Shown here piece by piece: positions 1 to 10,150 of a stretch of DNA of 64,000 nucleotides (its first letter is position 1; the number at the start of each line of letters is the position of its first letter). The position numbers were made by a program, and so were the translations under genes. Under the pieces are notes generated by a model. It did not search any database and was not told where the DNA came from. It saw only the letters and a list, made by a program, of their open reading frames with translations. The DNA lies in assembly GCA_043798915.1 (NCBI GenBank), contig JAZDOG010000020.1, positions 32,001-96,000 on the forward strand, in the 5' to 3' direction. The DNA is from Pseudomonadota bacterium (GTDB taxonomy: Bacteria; UBA10199; 2-02-FULL-44-16; JAAZCA01).

Positions 1-1
1 A

Positions 2-439
2 TCCCTCGATTTGGCATTTTTAGGAAAAATCACACGCGGACCAATCAATTATAAATATGGAGATATAACCTGCACAGATTTTAAGAATGCCAGCTTTGAT
101 GCGGTCACTTGTTTGAGCGTAATTGAACACGGAGTAAACGTAGAAGAATATTTCAGAGAAATGTCGCGCATCATCAAGCCCGGTGGAATACTGATCACGT
201 CGGTCGATTATTGGGAATCCCCGGTTGACACTAAAGGCCAGGTTGCATTTGGCGTTCCGATACATATTTATACGCCCGATGAAATCCTGGAGGCAATCAA
301 TGTTGCAAAAAAATACAACTTCGAATTGGTGGGGGATGTTGAATTAAAATGCAAAGACAGGGTTGTTGAGTGGAATGGGCTAAAATTTACGTTCATCTAT
401 TTTACCCTGCGACGGAAAACAAACAAGGACGCCAGCTGA
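2..439 (+). CDS. Class I SAM-dependent methyltransferase (5'-truncated by window edge)
   Basis: Frame open from base 2; Methyltransf_11-type C-terminal motifs 'NASFDAVTCLSVIEH' and 'EMSRIIKPGG'. Confidence 0.8.
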   Translation, partial: SLDLAFLGKITRGPINYKYGDITCTDFKNASFDAVTCLSVIEHGVNVEEYFREMSRIIKPGGILITSVDYWESPVDTKGQVAFGVPIHIYTPDEILEAINVAKKYNFELVGDVELKCKDRVVEWNGLKFTFIYFTLRRKTNKDAS

Positions 440-440
440 C

Positions 441-1640
441 ATGAAAATAGGCATATTTGTAGATATATTGACGAACAAGAAAACGGGTGTCGAATACTAT
501 ACGCAGAACCTGCTGCAGCATCTGCTGGAAATGGACATAAAAAACCAATATTGCCTTATACGGCACGACGGAGTCGGGGTCGATTTTGAATCTGAAAAAA
601 AATATACGGAAATAGTCTGTAAAAAGAGGAATCAGTCGATATTGTTCCTGCGCAGGTTTATCAATGTGTTGCCGCGACAAATAACCCTGACCGTAATCAG
701 GCAGATATTGAAATTCGTGCCGTCAATTTATTATTCCACCAACAAGAAGTTGAGGTCATTTGATATTTTGTTTTCGCCTAATTTTGGCTTGGAGCTGGAG
801 ACCAATCCCCGCGCATATCAGATCGTCATCGTATATGACATAACTCCCATCCGCGTGCCTCAATGCCATAACAAAGAGGTGGGCATATTTTTCAATGCTG
901 TCTTAGGCGATATTCTGAAGAAGGCGGACAAGATAATTGCCATAAGCGAATTTACAAAGCGCGATCTGATAACGCATTATGGCATTGTTGAGGAAAAAAT
1001 CAGCGTGATCTATCCTGGTTTAAACCGGCACATGACGCGGACGCCCAAAAGTTGCGATATTGTCAAAAAGTATAATCTTCCTGAAGATTTTATTCTCAGT
1101 TTTGGAACGCTTGAACCGAGAAAAAATGCCATTGCCGTCGTGAAATCATTCGCTCTGTTAAAGAAAGATGGGCGCAGGGAAATGCTTGTCATAGCTGGCA
1201 GAAAAGGATGGGGTTACGAGGACGTCTTTGTAACACTCAAACAGTTGGGGTTGGAGAAAAGTGTCTTGTTTACGGGGTATGTCGATGAGGAGGACGTTCC
1301 GGGACTTTATGGCGCGGCGAGATTGCTCGTGTACCCGGCCCTTTACGAAGGGTTCGGGCTCCCTGTAATAGAGGCGATGTCATGCGGGTGCCCGGTGATC
1401 ACATCCAGCACATCCTCGCTTCCTGAGGCGGGAGGGGATGCGGCGCTATACATCGATCCGACTGATGAAAAACAAATTTATGAAGCCATGAAAAAAGTGA
1501 TCGGTTCAGAAGAATTGAGGGGAGATATGATCATGAAGGGGCTCATTCAGGCATCCAAATTCAACTGGGATGAATCGGCCAGGAAGGTCATCAAAATCTT
1601 TGAAGAAGCAGAAAGGGCCATGCATAATGAACGAATCTGA
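441..1640 (+). CDS. GT4 glycosyltransferase (MtfB/WbdM-like)
   Basis: 'TGVEYYT' near N-terminus, 'GTLEPRKN', and the '[14 protein letters not shown]' EX7E motif. Confidence 0.92.
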   Translation: MKIGIFVDILTNKKTGVEYYTQNLLQHLLEMDIKNQYCLIRHDGVGVDFESEKKYTEIVCKKRNQSILFLRRFINVLPRQITLTVIRQILKFVPSIYYSTNKKLRSFDILFSPNFGLELETNPRAYQIVIVYDITPIRVPQCHNKEVGIFFNAVLGDILKKADKIIAISEFTKRDLITHYGIVEEKISVIYPGLNRHMTRTPKSCDIVKKYNLPEDFILSFGTLEPRKNAIAVVKSFALLKKDGRREMLVIAGRKGWGYEDVFVTLKQLGLEKSVLFTGYVDEEDVPGLYGAARLLVYPALYEGFGLPVIEAMSCGCPVITSSTSSLPEAGGDAALYIDPTDEKQIYEAMKKVIGSEELRGDMIMKGLIQASKFNWDESARKVIKIFEEAERAMHNERI

Positions 1641-3150
1641 TACAGGTGGAAGTGCGTTTCTTGTCACGTTTATAAATGTCCCCGGACATAAGACGGTGAC
1701 GACGACAAATCTGCCGCCCATCGGTATTCTGTCTATGTCCGCATGCTTGAAAAAAGAGGGGAACCGGGCAGATTTTATAGATGCGGATGCATGCAGGTAT
1801 GGCATCGATCAACTGATAAGTCTCCTGAGGAAAAGGGCCCCCGATCTGATCGGCATCACCATGAACGTCGGACATGTATATGCTGCAGCAAAATACATCC
1901 GGGCGATCAAGGGAGAATTTCCAGGAATTCCGATTGTCATAGGGGGCCCGTATGTGAGCGTAACACAGAAACAGATCCTCAATGAGTTTCCGGAAGCCGA
2001 TTATGCCGTCGCGTATGAGGGCGAGCATGCGATAGTCGAACTCGTCGCCGTTCTAAAGGGCACAAGAAAGATCGAAACGGTCCGAAATCTTGTCTATCGT
2101 AAAGGCTGCGATATTAAAATTAACGAAAATGAGAGAATTGTGGACATCGATGCATTGCCGTTGCCGGACTATGGACTTATAAAACATTTGCTTGGAAAGT
2201 ATAGGGGAGTCTACCCCACGATTGCGAGGCCATCTATAGGCGTGATGTGCAGCAGGGGGTGTCCGTTTCATTGCGGGTTCTGTTCGAGCCCGAGCCTTTG
2301 GGGGAGCAAGGTAATATTCCGAAACATAGATGCGGTCATCGATGAAATAAAAATGCTGAGGGACACGCTGGCCGTCAAAGAGGTCTTCTTTCACGATGAC
2401 ACCTTGAATGTGAGGCCCGGCTGGTTTATTGAATTGTGCGACGCGATAATCAAGAGCGGCCTCAATGAGCAGATATATTTCAAATGCGCCCTGAGGGTCA
2501 ACAAAGCCATGTTGAGCGAAGAGCTCCTGATAAAGGCAAAACAGGCAAATTTCTGGATGATTTTCTATGGCGTCGAGAACGGAAACCAGGAGATGTTGAA
2601 TCGCATGAACAAGGGAACGACGATCGAAGAGATAGAGCGTGCGTTCAAGCTGACGAGGGGTTGTGGCATTTGTACCTATGCGTTATTGATCGTTGGCTAC
2701 CCTGGGGAGACCAAGGGGACATTTGCCGACTCATTGGCGCTGCTGGAGAAAATAATGCCGGATTTTTCAGGGTTTGCGGCTGCCATACCCATTCCGGGCA
2801 CTGAAATGCACAGGATTGCTCTTGAGCAAGGATTAATATCTGTGACCGATTTCAAAAACTATCAATATGGCGACATAATAATGGGGACCAGCGAACTTGA
2901 AACGAGGGACATTGCAGCTTCTGTGAACAAGGGCTATGACGAAATCAGCAGACTGGCATCGTCCACAAAATTCAAAAAAATGACGGAGGCTTTTGGCCAG
3001 GAGAGATTTCACAGGATGGTCGATGGGCCATTTTACTGTGAGAGACGCCAATTTAAATTGCGCATCAAACAGATGAGAAGGTGTCTGAGGGCTGCGCCGT
3101 TTCTGTTGGCCATAAAAAGGAAGATAGGAAAACGCCATGAACTGTATTAG
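1627..3150 (+). CDS. Cobalamin-binding radical SAM protein (class B methylase-like)
   Basis: N-terminal B12-binding region ('PPIGILSM', 'IVIGGPY'), 'SRGCPFHCGFC' CxxxCxxC, 'YGVENG', 'GYPGET'; start placed at ATG 1627 overlapping the upstream stop. Confidence 0.9.
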   Translation: MNESDTGGSAFLVTFINVPGHKTVTTTNLPPIGILSMSACLKKEGNRADFIDADACRYGIDQLISLLRKRAPDLIGITMNVGHVYAAAKYIRAIKGEFPGIPIVIGGPYVSVTQKQILNEFPEADYAVAYEGEHAIVELVAVLKGTRKIETVRNLVYRKGCDIKINENERIVDIDALPLPDYGLIKHLLGKYRGVYPTIARPSIGVMCSRGCPFHCGFCSSPSLWGSKVIFRNIDAVIDEIKMLRDTLAVKEVFFHDDTLNVRPGWFIELCDAIIKSGLNEQIYFKCALRVNKAMLSEELLIKAKQANFWMIFYGVENGNQEMLNRMNKGTTIEEIERAFKLTRGCGICTYALLIVGYPGETKGTFADSLALLEKIMPDFSGFAAAIPIPGTEMHRIALEQGLISVTDFKNYQYGDIIMGTSELETRDIAASVNKGYDEISRLASSTKFKKMTEAFGQERFHRMVDGPFYCERRQFKLRIKQMRRCLRAAPFLLAIKRKIGKRHELY

Positions 3151-4078
3151 ATTCAATCTGATTGCGATGTGTTCGGTGGCATCGATTGCTCTGCTTTTGG
3201 TGTGGAGGTACGACTGGTCCACGATATTCGACAATTACAACAAGTGCAAAGATGCCGAGTTGAATGAAGTGGATGGCTATCCAGGCAGAGTCAGATGGTT
3301 TTGGTCGTATGTGCGCCTATTGTGGTGGAGAAGATCGCTGCGCGATCCAGCTCGGATAGAAGAAAATGCTTATAGAAAAAAAGTCGTGCCGGGTTTCCCC
3401 GGGATATTCTATTCGACGGCGAATGATCTTGCCTGCCTGTTCGAAGAGATTTTTTTGTTGAAATATTATTACTTTGAGGCGTCGTCCTCCGAGCCATTTA
3501 TAGTGGATTGCGGCGGCAATATCGGCGTGAGCGTCATATTTTTCAAGATGCTTTATCCAAATGCAAAGATACTGGCATTTGAACCGAGCCGCAGAAATTT
3601 CGAGGCATTGAAAAAGAATATAGTCAGCAATAATTTAAAGGATGTGGAGATTGTCAATAAAGCACTGTCGGACAGGGAAGGTCCTTCATGGCTTCATGGC
3701 GCAGGGCTTGCTCTGGGTTCGATGATAATAGAGAGAGACGGGCAGAAGGAGGGACAGAAAGAGGAAATACATACGGTTCGCCTGTCGGATTATGTGGATC
3801 GAGAAATAGATCTTTTGAAGCTCGACATCGAGGGAATGGAAGCGGTTGTAATTCAGGATCTGGCCGATAATGACAAGCTGAAATTTATCAAGGAAATGGT
3901 GATAGAGGTTCATTATGAGGAAAATGAGCTGGAGGGCAATTTTTCCAAACTCATAAATCTATTTGAGGGAAATGGTTTTGTCTATCAGGTCAGGGGACAA
4001 AAGCTAATTCCGGTTTATAAAGAAAAATTGAGTTATATCATTCTCGTTCAGGCGTATAACAGGAGATTCAGAAATTGA
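3137..4078 (+). CDS. FkbM family methyltransferase with N-terminal hydrophobic segment
   Basis: 'IVDCGGNIG', 'AFEPS', 'LLKLDIEGME', 'IEVH'. Confidence 0.9.
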   Translation: MNCIRFNLIAMCSVASIALLLVWRYDWSTIFDNYNKCKDAELNEVDGYPGRVRWFWSYVRLLWWRRSLRDPARIEENAYRKKVVPGFPGIFYSTANDLACLFEEIFLLKYYYFEASSSEPFIVDCGGNIGVSVIFFKMLYPNAKILAFEPSRRNFEALKKNIVSNNLKDVEIVNKALSDREGPSWLHGAGLALGSMIIERDGQKEGQKEEIHTVRLSDYVDREIDLLKLDIEGMEAVVIQDLADNDKLKFIKEMVIEVHYEENELEGNFSKLINLFEGNGFVYQVRGQKLIPVYKEKLSYIILVQAYNRRFRN

Positions 4079-4093
4079 AGGCGGCGGAGGGAA

Positions 4094-5557
4094 TCAATTT
4101 CCCAGGGTAGTGTAATTGCCGAACCGAAGCTTTTTTGGAAGCTGCATATCCTTCAGGGATTCTATGCCTTTGAATATTCCTGCGGACTTGAGCAGAACGA
4201 GGTAGGCCGCTGCCGTGGCCATGAATATAAAAATTCTCAAGATAATGCCGAATTGGCTGATGCAAAATAAATTGAGCGAAAGGATGCCGCCCGAAAATAT
4301 TATCTTTAGCAGCGGGACCATCTGCACCGGCATTCCGTGCCGGCTGATATCGTAGCTCACCCATAAGAAGCTGATATACTGAAGGAGGATTGCCGATAAA
4401 ACGGCGCCCGGCAGCCCGATCAATTTTACCAGACAAATCAGAATGAAAAGATAAAAAAGCGCCATAGATCCAGTGATCATTGATGATCTCTTAAATCTTT
4501 CCAGGTACACCAATGTGTAGCTGACGATGTGGTTCAGAATTCTTCCGGGAACTACAAAGGCGAACATGGCAAGCAGGGCGCCGCTGTCCGCATATTTCTG
4601 GCCAAGGAGCACAGCGATAAACTCCCTTGCAAAGGATGCCAGAAAAAACACCACGGGAAGCAAAACGATGAGCGAGAGTCGCAATATATCATTCAGAAAA
4701 ACCCTGCCTCGTTCCCTCGTCATCGAATTGAGCGTTGGTATAACGAAAGGTCCGATCGGAAAAAACCCGTAAAAGATCAAGACAATAGCCAGGCATGCCC
4801 GATATGATGCGAGCAGCGATGTGGTAAGAATTCCGCTGATAATTATTACATCCAGATACTCCGTTGCCGCAAAAGCGATGTTCCCCGGCGCCGTTTCCAG
4901 CGCGCCGCGTATGATCCATCCTTTGTCGATTTCAGATTTTCCGGACAGCTTTCTGAGCGTGATGCCCAATGCCATTATCAGCGCAACGGAGACACCCAGT
5001 ATCTGTGCAAATATTATTCCGCTCACCCTCAGGCCGGACCATAAAAAAAATAAGAGCGAGATCAATATGATCACTTCCCGCGGGAGGCACACCTTGAGAG
5101 CAAAGGCCTTGAATTGGTTGAGGCCCGTGAAGGTCCACTCGTAAAATGAAATCAGTGAATACAGGATGTAGAGGATTGCTGACAGGCGGATGAGGTCTAC
5201 GGCATATGGAATGTCATATATTGTGGCAATTGACGGTGCGGAAAGGAAAAGGACAAGCGCAAAAAACATGGTTATGAGACCATAGAGTTTTAAATTGAAG
5301 CGATAATAGGAAGCTGCTTTTGGGTTATCGCTTTCATGATATTGGGATATGCTCTTGATCGTCATGAGGGGCATGCCGATATTGGACACAGAGTTGAATA
5401 AACCCACAATTGCAAAGATCAGGGCCCAGAGGCCATAGTCAGTCTTGGACAGGACGCGGATGATAATCACGCTGCATACGAACGCGATGATCCTCAAAAG
5501 TATGCTGTTGAACGCGCTATAAAATATATTTTTTATAAATGTTGTGACGGGATTCAT
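4094..5557 (-). CDS. Wzx-type oligosaccharide flippase
   Basis: 487-aa polytopic membrane protein with 'IIRVLSKTDYGLW' and 'LLGQKYADS' signatures of PST/Wzx flippases. Confidence 0.85.
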   Translation of the reverse strand: MNPVTTFIKNIFYSAFNSILLRIIAFVCSVIIIRVLSKTDYGLWALIFAIVGLFNSVSNIGMPLMTIKSISQYHESDNPKAASYYRFNLKLYGLITMFFALVLFLSAPSIATIYDIPYAVDLIRLSAILYILYSLISFYEWTFTGLNQFKAFALKVCLPREVIILISLLFFLWSGLRVSGIIFAQILGVSVALIMALGITLRKLSGKSEIDKGWIIRGALETAPGNIAFAATEYLDVIIISGILTTSLLASYRACLAIVLIFYGFFPIGPFVIPTLNSMTRERGRVFLNDILRLSLIVLLPVVFFLASFAREFIAVLLGQKYADSGALLAMFAFVVPGRILNHIVSYTLVYLERFKRSSMITGSMALFYLFILICLVKLIGLPGAVLSAILLQYISFLWVSYDISRHGMPVQMVPLLKIIFSGGILSLNLFCISQFGIILRIFIFMATAAAYLVLLKSAGIFKGIESLKDMQLPKKLRFGNYTTLGN

Positions 5558-5572
5558 TTGTTTATGGACACC

Positions 5573-6442
5573 TCAATCGTGGAAACAGGGAGGATGGGCC
5601 TCGCGGCGTATCAGAAAATAGCGCGGTGGTTCATAGTGATTCTCGGCCGAGAAGGGCTTGGCGAATGACCCGCCGGCCAGATCGTTCCGAACGAAGAAGG
5701 CATTGACGCCGGACAGACCGCAGCCGACGAGCGCATAGCCAAGCTCCTGTCCCAGGAGCTCAAAGGCCTTCAGGCTTGCGCCAAAATAAATTGTTTCATT
5801 GCAAACCTTGCCCGGCGCATAATCCACCTTCCAATCCACATCGGGCGGAAAAGTGGCATTGTATTCTATCACTACGGCGCGCGGCCTGAAAGACCCGAGC
5901 GCCTTCCACACCCAGTAGGTGTTGCGGTCTATGTCCAAGGACAGAAGGTCGAATTCCGCAGGGACCTTCATTTCCCGCAAAATATGTTCGATGTTCGCCG
6001 CAGTGACACATGCGTCAGCCAGCTTCAACCGGCCATCGGCCAACGGGGTCCGGAAGCATTGGCGAATGGCCTCTGCTGAAACAGCGCTGCCTTCCACCCA
6101 AAGGCCATTCCATCCCTGTGACAGAAGGTAGGCCGTGTTGTTCTCCTGTCCGTCGCCTGCTGCTATTTCGACGAAGAAGCGGTTGCTTACCCCAATGCGG
6201 CGGAAGATCTCCGCCAGAATGCCATCCTCGCCGCTCTGCGAAAAAACCTGAAACTCATGCCGGTTCAATTTCCCGGGCTCGCGATATTTTTCCTGCTGAA
6301 GAAGGGTAAAATGCGTGTATTGATTCAGCTGCTGGAGCGTCTGGTTCTGCACGTTTGATTCCAGACTTATGAGAGAACTGGCAATTTGGCGAAGCTCTCG
6401 AATGGCGGGAAGCCTGTGATAGAGGTGGCGCAGCCAACCCAT
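5573..6442 (-). CDS. FkbM-like methyltransferase-fold protein
   Basis: 'FSQSGEDGIL', 'FVEIAAGDG', 'DLLSLDID', 'VIEYN', 'GASLKA', 'NAFFV', a pattern common in glycan loci. Confidence 0.75.
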   Translation of the reverse strand: MGWLRHLYHRLPAIRELRQIASSLISLESNVQNQTLQQLNQYTHFTLLQQEKYREPGKLNRHEFQVFSQSGEDGILAEIFRRIGVSNRFFVEIAAGDGQENNTAYLLSQGWNGLWVEGSAVSAEAIRQCFRTPLADGRLKLADACVTAANIEHILREMKVPAEFDLLSLDIDRNTYWVWKALGSFRPRAVVIEYNATFPPDVDWKVDYAPGKVCNETIYFGASLKAFELLGQELGYALVGCGLSGVNAFFVRNDLAGGSFAKPFSAENHYEPPRYFLIRREAHPPCFHD

Positions 6443-6621
6443 AATCTCCCCCTTCAGCGCCCTCGGCGCGCAACCACTGGAATTTACAAGAACTATCTCA
6501 AAATGACAAGGATGTATTTTGTGACTTTTTCAATAAGGCACTGTCCACTGATTCAAGGAAATGTTACAATCGGCCGAAGGCAAGTTTGGGGCAAGTTGTA
6601 TAAAAAGGCGAAATATCACTG

Positions 6622-7413
6622 GTGATTTCCACGACACATGACTGGCCTCCGAATTCGCTTCTGGGGCATGGCGGCAAGCGCTCGATCCCGAGCGTGTCAA
6701 AATACTGCGACCATCTGGGTTGCACGGGTCCTCTTGTCCTCGATGTCGGCTGCGGCGATGGTATCGTGGTGAGAGAGCTTTGCAGGCGGGGTCTGAAGGC
6801 GGTCGGCGTCGATCGTCTTGCCGGGGCATGGGAGGGGTTGCCTGCTCTCGTAGCCGACGCTTTCCATCTTCCATTTCCCGACTGCTCCTTTGACGCGGCA
6901 GGCTGTTTCGCCGTCCTCGAACATCTGGCGGAGCCGGCGCTCATCCTGAAAGAAATAGCGCGGGTGACAAGGCCGGGCGGCAGGATTGTAATAGGATGCC
7001 CCAACATGCGAGCTGTTTTCCTGCTGCATCCGGGGCATTTTGTGACCCACCGCGGCGGCCTCAGACAGAGGTTTGTAAATTTGATTGTCTATTTGAAAAC
7101 GCTTTTTAGAGCCCTTGGCTCAAAGGACATTCCGTTTGAAATCATGCCCCCCCCTGATATGACAAAAATACCACAGGGCGCCTCCGACTATAATGCATTA
7201 TGCGCAACCAACTTCGTTACAGTCAAATATGCCCTCAGAAGACTCAATCTGAAGATAGTCTACATATCCGCAGGCATGGAATATTCAAAAGGCATTTTGA
7301 AGATTATTCTGGTCAGAATCATCGACAAAATTCCTGTTGTCAGAGAATTGTTTGGTGGAATGTTCGTTGTTGCCGTAAAGAGGGAATGCGGCAGAAAGAG
7401 CGGAGGCCGATGA
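6622..7413 (+). CDS. Class I SAM-dependent methyltransferase
   Basis: 'VLDVGCGDG', 'LPFPDCSFD', 'VLEHL', 'RVTRPGG'; GTG start is uncertain. Confidence 0.85.
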   Translation: MISTTHDWPPNSLLGHGGKRSIPSVSKYCDHLGCTGPLVLDVGCGDGIVVRELCRRGLKAVGVDRLAGAWEGLPALVADAFHLPFPDCSFDAAGCFAVLEHLAEPALILKEIARVTRPGGRIVIGCPNMRAVFLLHPGHFVTHRGGLRQRFVNLIVYLKTLFRALGSKDIPFEIMPPPDMTKIPQGASDYNALCATNFVTVKYALRRLNLKIVYISAGMEYSKGILKIILVRIIDKIPVVRELFGGMFVVAVKRECGRKSGGR

Positions 7414-7474
7414 CAGGGCATGCTCATGGGAGTCGCGCTTTGAGGCGGTTCACAGCCGTCGGATCGGAGTCCGT

Positions 7475-8986
7475 GTGAAGATATGTTGTGTGCAACGGGA
7501 TTATCATTCTGGAAAAATCCATCCATTGCAGTGGAATGGCGATCATCAGGTTCAATATTGCAGCGAATCGCGAGGTTTAAATCCCGATCGTTATTTGAAG
7601 ATGCTCTCCCAGTCAGACGTCATCGTTCGGCTTAAATTATCCCAACTGCCATTGCCTCCCACCCTGCTTGAAAATTTATTGAGCCTGTGGCTGAAGAATA
7701 AATTTTACGTGAAATGCACCGGCAGTCAGATTTTATTGGACAGCCTGTGTATAGAGATATTTGGCAATGAGGCGGTGCGGTCCGTCAAACTTCAGAAACA
7801 TCGTTTTTTAGAGGACGGAGCGCTGAATGCCTTCGTGGACAGCCGCGCGGTGCCCTATTGGATGAGCTTGGAGGAACAGCGTTTTTATCTGTTGGACAAT
7901 TTTGATCGATATTATTCAAAACCGAACACCTATATCATAGAGACGACGCCTTTTTGCAATCTCAAGTGTGTCAAATGCCCCCATCATTCGATGAGGTTGC
8001 CACGCCCGGCGGCAGGGGCCAAGCCCCTGCCGGGGCAGGCGTTCATGACGCTCGAGGAGTGGAAATATATTATAGATATGGTGAGCGAAGTTTCCCGCAA
8101 CGCCCCGCAGCCGCCAGGCATATTCCCGGCCGTCCGCGGCGAGTGCCTTATGAATAAGGATATTATCCCGATGGTCGCCTATGCAGCGAACAGCGGCCAT
8201 ATCGTAAAAATTATCACCAATGGCAATCTTCTGACTGAAGACAAGGCCAAAGGCCTCATCGATGCCGGCCTTGGTTCCATCATCTTCAGTTTAGATGCAG
8301 TCAATGAATCACAATATGACAAACTGCAACCCGGTGGCAGTTATCGGGACGTCGTCAGGAACATAGAGAGGCTGCTGAAGCTCAGGGGCGGCATGAAAAG
8401 GCCATCCGTCGGTGTACTGTGCTGCCAAACACCTGAGAACCAGGATGATTTTCAAGAGTATCTCCGACGTTGGGAGGGGCAGGTGGATACTGTCACCGCC
8501 TCTGTCTGTTATGACATAGAGAAAGGTTTTCGACCATGGAAGGTTTTTTATCCTGTCGCAGATCGATACCCGTGTATCTATCTGTGGGGTTCCATGCTGA
8601 TTCATGCAGATGGCGGGATGGCGCTCTGCGGAATTGATGTGTCCCGAAAATATAACCTGGGCAATATCTTCAAAGGGGATCTGCTTTCAATCTGGAACAG
8701 CGAAAAAATCCATCGCCTGCGCGAATACCAGATGAGCGACAAAAGAAAAGAGGGTTTGTGCCAGGAGTGCATATGCTGGACGAATCCCTATTTTATCGAA
8801 AAAATAGATGGCGACAGGAGCTGGACTATAGGCCCGCAGAACATGTCGATATCGCACTATCGGCCAAAACCGCTCGGCGAACGCGCCGCCGTTCGAACCA
8901 AAAAGCTGTTGCTCGGTCTCGGCGTTCCCAGTGGTATCATCGGCCGTCTTCGAAAATTTTATTTCAAACTTGGAAGGCGACATTGA
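7475..8986 (+). CDS. Radical SAM/SPASM domain protein
   Basis: 'CNLKCVKC' motif, 'ITNG', 'FSLDA'; SPASM cysteines 'PCIYLW...ADGGMALC...LGNI...CQEC'; N-terminal ~140 aa unassigned. Confidence 0.88.
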   Translation: MKICCVQRDYHSGKIHPLQWNGDHQVQYCSESRGLNPDRYLKMLSQSDVIVRLKLSQLPLPPTLLENLLSLWLKNKFYVKCTGSQILLDSLCIEIFGNEAVRSVKLQKHRFLEDGALNAFVDSRAVPYWMSLEEQRFYLLDNFDRYYSKPNTYIIETTPFCNLKCVKCPHHSMRLPRPAAGAKPLPGQAFMTLEEWKYIIDMVSEVSRNAPQPPGIFPAVRGECLMNKDIIPMVAYAANSGHIVKIITNGNLLTEDKAKGLIDAGLGSIIFSLDAVNESQYDKLQPGGSYRDVVRNIERLLKLRGGMKRPSVGVLCCQTPENQDDFQEYLRRWEGQVDTVTASVCYDIEKGFRPWKVFYPVADRYPCIYLWGSMLIHADGGMALCGIDVSRKYNLGNIFKGDLLSIWNSEKIHRLREYQMSDKRKEGLCQECICWTNPYFIEKIDGDRSWTIGPQNMSISHYRPKPLGERAAVRTKKLLLGLGVPSGIIGRLRKFYFKLGRRH

Positions 8987-8988
8987 CT

Positions 8989-10104
8989 ATGACCGATGAG
9001 TCGCCGATGAGCAATCAGGTTTATCAACTGCCTTCTCGCATTCCAGAGCTCGACGGCCTGCGTGCGATAGCCGTGCTGGCTGTGATGAGCGCTCATGCGG
9101 GGCTTCCCGGCTTCGCACGGGGTGGTGTGGGTGTTTATCTTTTTTTCGTGCTTTCAGGATTTCTCATCACCGGAATTCTCCTGGATGCTGACAAGGGTAA
9201 AGGGTATTTCAAAAACTTTTACGCTCGGCGTGCGCTTCGCATTTTTCCGATTTATTACATGACATTTGCGTTTCTATTGGCGCTGGCCTTTCTTCAGGGC
9301 TTGAAAACAAGCGATTGGCCCTGGTATCTTGCCTATGCTCAAAATTATCTTTTCATCTTCAAACATTTTCCGCCGAATTTCCCCAGCTGCTTTAATCATA
9401 CCTGGTCCCTGGCCGTCGAGGAGCAGTTTTATTTCATATGGCCATTCCTCATTGGGATCCTCGGAAAAAGACGAGTGTTCATCGTCTCCCTGATCTTCAT
9501 CCCTTTGGCCATCGGCTTGCGTTGCTTTCATATCCAGGCAATCTTTGGTCCCGAGGTTTGGACGCTGCCCGTGAATCTGAATTCGCTCGGCGGGGGGGCG
9601 GCGCTGGCAGTGGCGGTCCGTACCTTTGACCGGGAAACCCTGAAGAAAGTCTGCCGTGCGCTCTTCCTTGGTGGTGCGATCGCCTGGGTTGTGATTCAGA
9701 TATTCGTGAGCCCATATGGAATGGGCTGGCTTGAGCTTGGAATGGTTTGCTGCACTACAATAACATTCACCGGGCTCGTTGGAACAGCTGTGCTGTCACC
9801 GCCGTCGCTACTATCCGGTTTTCTTAGCCTTGGCTGGATGCGCTATATCGGCAAAATCAGTTATGGATTATATCTGTACCACCCGCTGGTTTTTCTTTTG
9901 ATGTGGCACTTGTTCAGGGGGCAAGTGGTCAGGCCAGATCATGGCAAGGGTGTGATCCTTTTGTTGGTCCTGGCCAAATTCGGTTTGACTTTCGTTGCAG
10001 CCTCCTTATCATGGCTCCTTTTGGAAAAGCGCATGAATGGTTTCAAGAAGAAGTTTGAATATACCAGAGTCACCCTGAGCCGCATTGCCCAAGCTCCGAT
10101 GTAA
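8989..10104 (+). CDS. Acyltransferase-3 (OafA/YrhL) family O-acyltransferase
   Basis: 'LDGLRAIAVL', 'FFVLSGFLI', 'RRALRIFP', 'WSLAVEEQFY', 'GKISYGLYLYH'. Confidence 0.93.
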   Translation: MTDESPMSNQVYQLPSRIPELDGLRAIAVLAVMSAHAGLPGFARGGVGVYLFFVLSGFLITGILLDADKGKGYFKNFYARRALRIFPIYYMTFAFLLALAFLQGLKTSDWPWYLAYAQNYLFIFKHFPPNFPSCFNHTWSLAVEEQFYFIWPFLIGILGKRRVFIVSLIFIPLAIGLRCFHIQAIFGPEVWTLPVNLNSLGGGAALAVAVRTFDRETLKKVCRALFLGGAIAWVVIQIFVSPYGMGWLELGMVCCTTITFTGLVGTAVLSPPSLLSGFLSLGWMRYIGKISYGLYLYHPLVFLLMWHLFRGQVVRPDHGKGVILLLVLAKFGLTFVAASLSWLLLEKRMNGFKKKFEYTRVTLSRIAQAPM

Positions 10105-10150
10105 GGAGTTAGCGGATGCGAGGGTGCTTGTTGAAGGGTGAGAACAGGAG